The position numbers were made by a program, and so were the translations under genes. Shown here in pieces: positions 19,652 to 29,300 of a stretch of DNA of 64,000 nt. The notes under the pieces are model-generated. The model worked only from the letters and a program-made list of their open reading frames with translations, had not been told where the DNA came from and did not search any database. The stretch's first letter is position 1, and every line of letters begins with the position of its first letter. Source of the DNA: a virus; the IMG/VR virus record IMGVR_UViG_3300048929_000691; one strand, given 5' to 3'.

Positions 19652-20362
19652 ATGAAACTTTATGATATTCTTTCTATTAAAGAAAAATATAATGGAGAGA
19701 AATTGATATATATTAAATTTAATAATCGTGAATATTTATTTAGATTGATTTCAAGTTATGAATACAAAGAATGTAAGATGTTTGCAGAAGACAGCTTTAC
19801 CTTTAATGATGCCATATGTCAGCTAGCAATAGTATATCCAGAAAATATAGACTTTTCTAATCTTGGAATAGCAGGCTTTTCAGATTTTACAGCATCAGTT
19901 ATTATAGATAAATCCATGATATTTGAGGATATAAGATTAACAGAAATTCTAGAGGAAAACCGCACAAACAATATGACCTTTATAAAAGAGTGTAAGCTTA
20001 TTATCAAAGCTGCTTTTTCTGAATTATCTTTAAAGGAAATCAACGATATGTCTTATGTAAAAATGATGGAAATGACTGCTGATGCGGAAAAAATACTTTC
20101 TCTTAGAGGCTGTAGAAATAGTGATGGATCATTTATAAAAGTTGAATATGAAATAGATGAGGAGAAAATTAAAGAAGCTGAAAAGGAGCTTACAGATAAG
20201 GAGCTATGGGCAAAGGGAATTGATCCTATGCTTTATAATATTGATAAACTTCAGCTAAAAAAACCTTTAATTGATGAACCCTTTATAATGGGACCTAAAT
20301 GGAATGACGAGGAGTTGAATAGGAATGTTGGAAGACAAATACTTAAAAAGCACTCAGATTAA
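19652..20362 (+). CDS. Second tail assembly chaperone-like paralogue
   Basis: Shares YLFRLISSYEYKE...DAICQLAIVYP pattern with the preceding ORF, plus a C-terminal extension. Confidence 0.5.
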   Translation: MKLYDILSIKEKYNGEKLIYIKFNNREYLFRLISSYEYKECKMFAEDSFTFNDAICQLAIVYPENIDFSNLGIAGFSDFTASVIIDKSMIFEDIRLTEILEENRTNNMTFIKECKLIIKAAFSELSLKEINDMSYVKMMEMTADAEKILSLRGCRNSDGSFIKVEYEIDEEKIKEAEKELTDKELWAKGIDPMLYNIDKLQLKKPLIDEPFIMGPKWNDEELNRNVGRQILKKHSD

Positions 20363-20768
20363 AGATGCTCAAAATATTAAAAAACTGCTAAAGAAAAATC
20401 AAATAAATGAGTCAATAATTCCTATAGAAAATATAGCTAAGTATTATAGAGATGATAAGCAAAGTCAGGCCATGAAGGTTAAATTAATACCAGCTCAAGA
20501 GACTATATCACAAAATTATTCCATTAAAAGTACAAATAAAGTTCAAAATAAAATTAATAATAATGAACTTATAAGTGTTTCTAATCAAATAAAAGGACTT
20601 CAAGAGGCTAAATATAGGCTGGAAAAAACATTAAGTGAAGCAGGATTTACAGATATAAATATAAATTTTAAATATGGCTCTACATCACCTGCAATAAATT
20701 TAAATGCTTATGAAAGCAATAAAGATAAATTTCAAAATAAAATAAAAGAAAGGCTGGGTACCTTATGA
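20325..20768 (+). CDS. Hypothetical 147-aa protein
   Basis: RBS GAGGAG upstream; ATGA overlap with the next gene. Confidence 0.5.
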   Translation: MLEDKYLKSTQIKDAQNIKKLLKKNQINESIIPIENIAKYYRDDKQSQAMKVKLIPAQETISQNYSIKSTNKVQNKINNNELISVSNQIKGLQEAKYRLEKTLSEAGFTDININFKYGSTSPAINLNAYESNKDKFQNKIKERLGTL

Positions 20769-23700
20769 ATATAAATTCTTTAGCTACAATAAAAAATGAA
20801 AAGAGTATATCTAAAATTCAATATGGAAAATACTTAGCTGAATCAACTTTTAAAGATATGTTTTCTTTAAATGAAATTATTAACCCTCTATTGAGTAAGG
20901 AGTCTTATTATAAGGTCAATGAGCCTTTAAAACTTAAGCAAAAGGAAAACCTTTATTTTTCTAATGCTTATGACGATCTTTTAAGTTCTCATAGAGATGT
21001 AGTAATGGAAAAAGGACATATTTATAAATTTAAAGCATACAAGATTACTTATAATAATTTAGTAGATATACAAGGACAAGATAAAAATGAAATAATAAAA
21101 AACATGTATGAAAATAAAATTTTGTTAGAAATTATAGATTTATATGATTATTTAAAAGATGATATGTTACCAGACTCTGGAGATTGTTCTTCAGAACTTG
21201 GAGTTAAAATATATTACATCGTACTAGATAATGAAGAAGAATTAGAAAAATTCATGAATAAAATAATGACATTAAGAGCTTCAAAGGAAGCCTTAAATAC
21301 TGCACTAGCTACTTCAAGGCAGGATGTAAAAGAAAATGCATTAAAGGAAAAAGAAGAATGGACTAGCTTAATAGGCTCAGGATATAAAAGTTTTAAATTA
21401 TATACTGATGCATATGAAAGTTTTAATAAATATAAATATGAAAATAATTATACTGAAGACTTAAAGACCTTCCTAAAAAATTCAAAAGAGGATGAAATAA
21501 AAAAAGTCATACCAGAATTAATAAATACAGAAGGCAATCTAGTTAATGATAGAGTGGGTTGCTTTATAAATTTATATGAAGATATAGATAAAAACAAGAA
21601 TTATTATAAGATCCTCAAAGCTGCTGTAGAAAGTAAATCTAAAGAATACTTAGATGATTTTAATTCTAAGGAGGCTAAAGAGGAAGCTTATGAGAATTTT
21701 AATACAAAAGCTTTATATATTGTAAAGGATAATTTAGATGAGTATATTTTATCAAGCCTAAAGAGCAGAATAATTAAGAAATATTCAAGTTATACAGATA
21801 AGGAAACATCAATGTTAACTAAAAATGGCATTGATGTTTTTGAGAATATATCAAAAAATGATTATATTAAATATCTTAAGGCAGATGACTTAAAGAACAA
21901 GCTATTAAAGGATGATGATTTTGATAATATAAAGGAAAAGCTTTATTACCTTAATGATAATAGTTCAAAGGAAAAGTTAAAAACATTTCTTTTAGAAAAA
22001 TTCAAGTTTCCTGAAGAAAATGTGAAGCTATTTATTGATAATATATTAAACAATGAATATTATTTAGCTAAGAATGAAGAAGATATTTCAAAGACAATTA
22101 AATTCATAGATGATAAGGGATATATCTTTATAACTTATACTGAATATTTTAATAAACTTGAAGATGACTTATTGAAATGCATAAAGTATAAACAAACAGC
22201 TTTTGAAGAAATTGAAGAATATATGAATATGTATTCTTTAATATTTAATTTAGAGGAAATAGAAGAATTAAATAATTTAGAGGATTTAAGAAAAATCTTT
22301 GGAGAAAAGGATAAATTAATTAATTTAAAAGAAGAATTAGAAAAGGTATATGCTATTGCTGCAAAGATAAATGGAATATCAAAGGAAGAGTATAGAGATA
22401 TGCTAAAGGATATGAAGGATGAGGCTAATTTAATTTTTAAATATTATGGCCATGATTTGCAGGAAGAAGAAATTAATTATAAGTCCTTAGAGGCAATAGA
22501 AAGAGCTGTTGAGGATATTAATAATAAGACAGGTTATAAGCATGAAAGCTTAAAGAGCATAGCTAAAAGATATTTAAATAACATGTTTAAAAATGAAAAC
22601 TTCATACATAAAATGGAGCAAGCTTCAAATATTAATATTGCATTAGCAGCTCAAGATAATGCTTCAAAATATGACGAAATTAATACTAATGAAAAAGGTA
22701 GTAATGAAAACCATGAAAGAATTTATGAAAATAGGCTTAAACGAGCAGAAATAAAAGATATATCAATTAAAGATGCAGTTACATATAAAGAATATATTCT
22801 GCCATATGATATGAGCGAAACCTTTAGTGATACAGTAATTGAAGAAGATAAGGAAAAAAGAGTAAATGCTTATAAGATAAATATAGAAAAGCTGCAGCTT
22901 GAAAATCCACTATATAAAGATTTATTTTCTAAAGATATGAAGGGAAACTATATTTATCAAACTCTTTCTCACAATTATGAGCCAAAGGAATATGCCCATA
23001 AGTCTAAAATAAAATCGAAAATATCAGAAATTATTATTCCAGCGTTTAAAAAAGAAGCTTTAGTGGGAGATTTTAAAGATAACTTGATAAATTTAAAAAA
23101 GATAAGTGCAGATTTAATAAATGTTTTATATGAGCTGGATAAGTGCAGCTATGAAAGTATTGCTCCAGTTAAAGAAAATAGATATAAGTCAGTACTTAAA
23201 GTAAAGGCTCAAAAGAAATTAAAGGATTATTCTAAAGCTTTAATTTATGAAATGAATGATAGTAATGGATACTTTAAAAAGGGCCTTAAAGTAGAAATAG
23301 AAAATAGTGCGTCATTAAAGCTTTCAACGGAAGCTCCAATAGCAGAAAATAAAGCTAAAAAGTCTTTAGAAGGTGGTAAGCTTAATGAGGATGAGATAAA
23401 ATCCTTGAATATAAGTGAAACTGCGGATCATAAAGAGGACATAAAGGATAACAAGGCCATATATAATGTTAATCCCAAAGATATATTTGGAGAAGATTAT
23501 AAACTTGCTTATGAGTCTATAGGAAAGCAGCTTGTCACTGATAATATAGATAAAAGTCCTGAATTTTATAATTATATGAAGGAGAACTTTACAAAGGATA
23601 TTAAAAATATTTCTGAGATAAAGAAAAAAAGAGGGCCTTTATTAAAGGAAAAAACGCTCTTAGAAAGCATAGGTAAAGGTTATTTAAAGAAATTTGGCAT

Positions 23701-26350
23701 AAATAGTATTGTATTAAGCCATTTAGAGAAAATTTCACCATTAGTACACTTTGTAAAAACCTGCGTTAATGAAAAGGTACCAAAGGGATATGCTCAGGTT
23801 GTGCCAGGTACTTGGAATAAATTAGGTGAAGATCAAAAAATAAAAGTTCTTTTCGAAGGAATAAGAAAAAGTAAAAACGGGAAATATTTCTTAAGACCCA
23901 AAGAAGAGACTAAGGACATAGCTGATATGATCAAATTACTTGAAAATGATGATTATCAGGAACAAATAAACGGAAAATCCTTTGATATAAGTGAAGATAG
24001 TCATTATAAAGTAGACCAAAATAATAGTCATATAAATAATGATGCTAATATTATGCAAGAATTATTAATAAAGCAAAGAAATAAAGTATATGACTATAAT
24101 TATTGCTTAAACAAAGGAAAAAGCTCACATTTTGAGAGAAATGATGCTTCAAAATTGAATAAAAATATGGATACTTTTATGAGCATATTTGAAAGTGAGC
24201 TTGAAGATAATTTTAAAAATGAGCCTCAAGATAATTTCAAAGATGAGCCTGAAGATAATAAATTAAACATAAATTCTGATCACATAAAACAAAAGCTTAA
24301 AACTTCAGACGCTTATATAAATAATATAAATATTTTAAGTAATTTGAAGAATTCACCAGAAAATAGGTCAAGGGCTTTTAAGGAGCTTAAAGAAGATGCT
24401 TTTTCACTAGCTTTAAAACAAGGTAGAGATGTAGCAATAAATGATGTACTTGTGGATTTAAAAAAGGTAATTGAAGATCCAAAGTCCAATGCTTTGATCA
24501 ATGAAAAATTCTACGAAAAAGGAATTTTCCCTGAAGGCGAAAGAAATAAAGTGCCTTTATATAAAAAAATGGACAGTATAAGTGAAAAAGGAATAGGTAA
24601 AGTTCAATTTGAAGATAAAGGGATATTTAACGAAGTATATTCAAGAAATTATGGAGAAAATGCTCCTAGTATAGCTGGTAAAAAGGTATTAAAGGGGGAT
24701 AGAATATATTCTTTAAATATTGATGATGCAGGCCTCTTTAAAGTATTAGAAACTTATAGAAACAAAAAAGGAAATGCAGAATTAAAATTAAAAGATATTC
24801 AAAGAAATCATGTAAAAAGATTTCAAGAAAAAAGCTTTGCTGACATATCAAGAACGGTAAGGAATTATAAAATTGCATTGCCTGAGGAAACTGATGAAAC
24901 AGTATTAAACAAAATAAAAGCCCAAATAAAAAATGAATATATTAATATTCTTCCTAAATCCTTTGAGATTTTGGACAAGATTTTTAATAGAAGCAATTTA
25001 GAAGATAATCCTATTCATATAAAGGCCTTTAAGGAAATAAGAAAAGAATATGATAAAGCTAAGGCAACAGATTATGTAAATACAGTACAGGTGCTTAAAA
25101 ATAAGAAGCTGATAACTGAAGAGGAAATGAACCATGTATCAGAAAAAATAAATGAGCAGCTAAAAGCAGGAGCTTCTAAAGAGGAATATAAGGAGAATTT
25201 ATATAATCTCTTAAAGAAAAGTTCAAAGTTTAAAGAAAGAAACATAGACACTATTCCAAAAGTAGAGAACTTTCTTAAAGCTGTAATAACAAAGGAAAGT
25301 ATTGAAAATGCAAGAATACTTGAGGCAGTGGAGAAAGAAAAACAGTATCCAAGAATAAATATAAGGGAAGCCAAGGGAATCTTAAAGGAACAAGCAAAAA
25401 GCATAATTAAAAAAGCTGATAGTTTGCAGCTTCCAGGGAAAAAGGTTGTTAAGAGTTATATTAATTACTTAAAGCAAGAAGATAAAAATAATGAAAAAAT
25501 ATTAAATTCTATCTACAGAGAAAATGCATATAATCCTGAATTTTTAAATAAGGCTCTTAATATTAATGATGCTTCAAACGAAGATCTTGAAAGCATTAAG
25601 AAAGTGAAAATAGGTTATGGAAAATATGCAGGATTGTCAATTGGCGAATTAAATAATAAATCCCTAAGTGAGATACTCAGGAAAGATTATTCTGATGAGT
25701 TAGATTACAAGGTAAACAAGCAGATAATAAAGAAGACAAAGGCTGTAATATATAATGCTAAACGCTTAAATAAAGACGGTATTATTAATAAAGAAGCTAA
25801 AAACTTAACAAAGGAAAAATTGAAAGTTTTTTTAGGTGATACTTATATAAGTAAAATGGAAAATACAATAAACGAAGTTATTAAAGAAAAAGGTGTGCAA
25901 AAGAGTAGAGGATATAAGAAATCTTCAAATTCTGTAAAAGCAGCCTTTGAAAATAAATCTAAGAATACAAATAAAGTATTGGCCATAAATAAACCATTAA
26001 ACGCAGGCAAAATGGTATCATCTAAAAATTTAAATGGAAAATTCGAACCTAATATAATAGCAAAACCAAAGGAAAATATTAATAAAGCTAGTGATCCTAT
26101 AAATATGGTTGATGCAAATTATGAAAATATTCCAAGAAGTAATACAAGATATTATTCAGAGCAGAAAATAGGAAATGCTATTAATATTTCAGCAAAATCA
26201 CCATCGAATTCGACTGAAAGTGATATGTCACAGCTTATAAGTAAAGCTGTAGGTGGAAAGCACTTAAATATTAACACTAATTTTATGGATTCAAGAAGAA
26301 AAGTAACTCAAGCTGAAATTAACAGCATGATAGAAAATTCAATAAAGTAG
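20765..26350 (+). CDS. Giant 1861-aa K/E-rich protein, tape-measure candidate by position
   Basis: Sits between the chaperones and the hub; helical charged composition; C-terminal NAINISAK...LNINTNFMDSR resembles tape-measure-type tails. Composition is atypical, so function is uncertain. Confidence 0.4.
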   Translation: MNINSLATIKNEKSISKIQYGKYLAESTFKDMFSLNEIINPLLSKESYYKVNEPLKLKQKENLYFSNAYDDLLSSHRDVVMEKGHIYKFKAYKITYNNLVDIQGQDKNEIIKNMYENKILLEIIDLYDYLKDDMLPDSGDCSSELGVKIYYIVLDNEEELEKFMNKIMTLRASKEALNTALATSRQDVKENALKEKEEWTSLIGSGYKSFKLYTDAYESFNKYKYENNYTEDLKTFLKNSKEDEIKKVIPELINTEGNLVNDRVGCFINLYEDIDKNKNYYKILKAAVESKSKEYLDDFNSKEAKEEAYENFNTKALYIVKDNLDEYILSSLKSRIIKKYSSYTDKETSMLTKNGIDVFENISKNDYIKYLKADDLKNKLLKDDDFDNIKEKLYYLNDNSSKEKLKTFLLEKFKFPEENVKLFIDNILNNEYYLAKNEEDISKTIKFIDDKGYIFITYTEYFNKLEDDLLKCIKYKQTAFEEIEEYMNMYSLIFNLEEIEELNNLEDLRKIFGEKDKLINLKEELEKVYAIAAKINGISKEEYRDMLKDMKDEANLIFKYYGHDLQEEEINYKSLEAIERAVEDINNKTGYKHESLKSIAKRYLNNMFKNENFIHKMEQASNINIALAAQDNASKYDEINTNEKGSNENHERIYENRLKRAEIKDISIKDAVTYKEYILPYDMSETFSDTVIEEDKEKRVNAYKINIEKLQLENPLYKDLFSKDMKGNYIYQTLSHNYEPKEYAHKSKIKSKISEIIIPAFKKEALVGDFKDNLINLKKISADLINVLYELDKCSYESIAPVKENRYKSVLKVKAQKKLKDYSKALIYEMNDSNGYFKKGLKVEIENSASLKLSTEAPIAENKAKKSLEGGKLNEDEIKSLNISETADHKEDIKDNKAIYNVNPKDIFGEDYKLAYESIGKQLVTDNIDKSPEFYNYMKENFTKDIKNISEIKKKRGPLLKEKTLLESIGKGYLKKFGINSIVLSHLEKISPLVHFVKTCVNEKVPKGYAQVVPGTWNKLGEDQKIKVLFEGIRKSKNGKYFLRPKEETKDIADMIKLLENDDYQEQINGKSFDISEDSHYKVDQNNSHINNDANIMQELLIKQRNKVYDYNYCLNKGKSSHFERNDASKLNKNMDTFMSIFESELEDNFKNEPQDNFKDEPEDNKLNINSDHIKQKLKTSDAYINNINILSNLKNSPENRSRAFKELKEDAFSLALKQGRDVAINDVLVDLKKVIEDPKSNALINEKFYEKGIFPEGERNKVPLYKKMDSISEKGIGKVQFEDKGIFNEVYSRNYGENAPSIAGKKVLKGDRIYSLNIDDAGLFKVLETYRNKKGNAELKLKDIQRNHVKRFQEKSFADISRTVRNYKIALPEETDETVLNKIKAQIKNEYINILPKSFEILDKIFNRSNLEDNPIHIKAFKEIRKEYDKAKATDYVNTVQVLKNKKLITEEEMNHVSEKINEQLKAGASKEEYKENLYNLLKKSSKFKERNIDTIPKVENFLKAVITKESIENARILEAVEKEKQYPRINIREAKGILKEQAKSIIKKADSLQLPGKKVVKSYINYLKQEDKNNEKILNSIYRENAYNPEFLNKALNINDASNEDLESIKKVKIGYGKYAGLSIGELNNKSLSEILRKDYSDELDYKVNKQIIKKTKAVIYNAKRLNKDGIINKEAKNLTKEKLKVFLGDTYISKMENTINEVIKEKGVQKSRGYKKSSNSVKAAFENKSKNTNKVLAINKPLNAGKMVSSKNLNGKFEPNIIAKPKENINKASDPINMVDANYENIPRSNTRYYSEQKIGNAINISAKSPSNSTESDMSQLISKAVGGKHLNINTNFMDSRRKVTQAEINSMIENSIK
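24203..24259 (+). repeat. 24-nt tandem repeat (about 2.4 copies; EDNFKNEP/QDNFKDEP/EDN)
   Basis: GAAGATAATTTTAAAAATGAGCCT CAAGATAATTTCAAAGATGAGCCT GAAGATAAT seen directly. Confidence 0.8.
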
Positions 26351-26360
26351 GAGGTATAAA

Positions 26361-29300
26361 ATGGATACAAGTGCAGCAAAAGAGCAAACCACTGCAAGCA
26401 CAAGTGCAAGTACTGCTGATACAAATGCTACAGGTGAACCCAAAACTACTGAAAAAGCACAAAAAGATGATTATAGTCCACAAGATATTCATGTAAATAT
26501 GGCTAAGGTTACTAATGTAAGTAAACATAAAACCATGTCTTATTTTGGAGCTAATGCGCAAGCAACAACTCGAAGTGATATGAATGCTTTAAAATCCAGA
26601 TTTGATAAATATGCAGAGGAAAGACATTTTGAAGCTGCGCCTCCAGGATATTACGATTATATAATATATCCTCATAGACAAGATGCATATAATATGGCAG
26701 ATCCAACAAAAATACTTTCTTCAAGTTCAAAAAGTGATGGCAGTTTAGTATCGGGAGATATAAATAGAATTCTTAGAATAGGGGATTTCTTTTCAGTAAT
26801 TCCACCAGAATTTATAACTGTAACCACTAGATCTACTGATAAATCAATTCAGCCTTTAAGACAGACAGGAAGTATAAAAATAGAAAATGGCTATTCAAAG
26901 AAAGACATTCAAATAAGCATGATTTTAAATGGCATGGATCAGATAAATGGCTATAAAGTAGAAGGTCCAATGGATTATAGCTATTATGTAGATGGACTTA
27001 GGAATTTAATAGCTCAAATGAAATTTACTCCTTTTATGCCTATAGAAAATACCGTTGTAAATATCACTCATGGTGTAAACAATGTTGCAATAAGAAATAT
27101 ATATGTTGAAACTATAGCAGGCTTTCCAGAAGCATTACAGGTTGTATTAACCTTAGATGAATTTAATGTAACTCCATACTTAAGAATTCCTAATGCCTTC
27201 TTTGATAATTCAATAGATTGGGATTTATTTAGATGGTATACTCAAAAACCATTAACGAATTCTAGTGAAGTAGATAATGATTTCCCAAAAAAACTTCATG
27301 CAATAACTACTTCAGCTTTAACTAATGATTTTAAATTTAGTATTTTAACAAAAGAAAATGCAAAAAATTCTGATATACAAAATAAGATATATGATGAATC
27401 TAGTTATACAGAATTTATAAGCAGTGATGATGATATTACGTTAGTTAAAATGAGTTTTTCAATGGGAAATATTATGCCAAGTATACAGCTTGAGTATCAT
27501 GAAGCACCAACAATGCAGTTTTTAGGTGCTACAGATACTGAGTATGGCTTTATTTTTCAAACTTCAGATTCATATCTTGCAGGTAAGTTTAATGAATTAA
27601 ATAGACAAAATAAGCAGTTAATAAGAACTAACAAAGATGCTAATGGATTAGGCTTTTTGAGAATAGAAAACGAACTAGTGCAGTTAACAGGAATTAATTG
27701 TGTTGTTATAAGTGATATCAAAGTAGAAACTGTACCAAATTTCCCAGGTCTTTATACAATTACAGTAATGTGTACAAGCTATGGTTCTACTCAATCTAAG
27801 GGAGAAAAATTAACAGCAATGAGACCCTTTGAAGGTAATAGGGAGGGGACTCGAGGGGATTTAATTTCAATGCAGCCTGGTGGTTTTTTAAACAAGGCAT
27901 CTCAAGATACAACTATAATGTCTAGATTTCAAGAATTAGAATTATATCCAGATATGCATCTTCCAAAATATGAAGAAGCTGATGAAGCTATTGCTAAAAT
28001 AAGGGCATTTAGAGAAAAAAATAATCTACTTGAAATGCCTATGTATACAAAATATCCAAGGCATAAGTGTATAATGCCTGATAGCATAGTTGAAAAAGAG
28101 TATGACGGTTATTTAGATCCAGATTTTTATGTAATGTCTCTTGTTGCATATTCAGATATTACAATAAATAACACAGATAAATTAAAATCTAGTGATATTT
28201 CAAGTACTGTTTCCTCAGCTTCTACAGATCCAATCTCAGCTCTTATGTCTAAGGTAAGCGATCCAACTGATTTGTTTATAACTCCAACCATAACTCCAGA
28301 TACAGCTACAGAGCCAGATTATGCTTATGGATATGAAACGCTTAAATTAAATAATCATCATGGATTTTTAGCACAGTGGGAAAATAAAGGTGAGGAAGAT
28401 CTTAAAAATTCACAAAAATCTAGTTTAGCTATGAGTACTGGAACTTCAATAGAAGGTGCTGGTGTAGAAATGCCACACCAGATAAATAAAAAAACAGGTA
28501 ACGTTTTTGTGGATTTAATATGTGATAGAGTTGATGCAAAATGTGCTTATTCCATGGAGACATCAGAAAGATGTGGAGTAATTGTAAATGGTAAACAAAC
28601 TTTTGATTGTTCATCTTTAGTATCATATGGACTTATAGCTATAGGAGTTCTTCATTCATATACAAATACTGATGGATTAGAAACTGTAGGAGTGCAAGTA
28701 TCGACAGATGAAGTAAATGATACAAGTCAATTACAAGTGGGAGATATATTAGTTCATCATGGTTCAGGGCCTAAGGGACATGCAGCCTTATATATTGGAA
28801 ATGGTCAGACAGCCGAAGCGAGTAGTAGTACTGTAGGATGCATATATGGAGTTGCAGTAAGAAGCAGTAAACCGTTCAATAGAGTTATGAGAATACCTAA
28901 CTTAAATGAATTAAATGAAGCATTTTTATCAAGCCATCCTGGTTTTTATGTAGGTTCAGGAGATTCAAGTTCAAGCAGCAGTTCAACTGAAAGTGAAAAT
29001 ACAAGTGATTCATCAGTAGATATAAATACATCATCAGCAAGTGGGAATGGAGGTGGCGATGCTGTAGTAGGTAAATTAGGTTCAAATTATGAAGTTCAGA
29101 TGAATAATTGGGATGATAAAATATTAACGCATTCACTTAAATATAATATAGATCCTAATTTTGTTAAAGCCGTAATGTATGCAGAATCTACTGGAAATGT
29201 CACTGAAGGTATAGGTACTAATTGTGTAGGTCTTATGCAAATAAATCGTTCAGCCCATAATTTATCAGAGGAATCATTATTAGATGCAGATTTTAATTTA

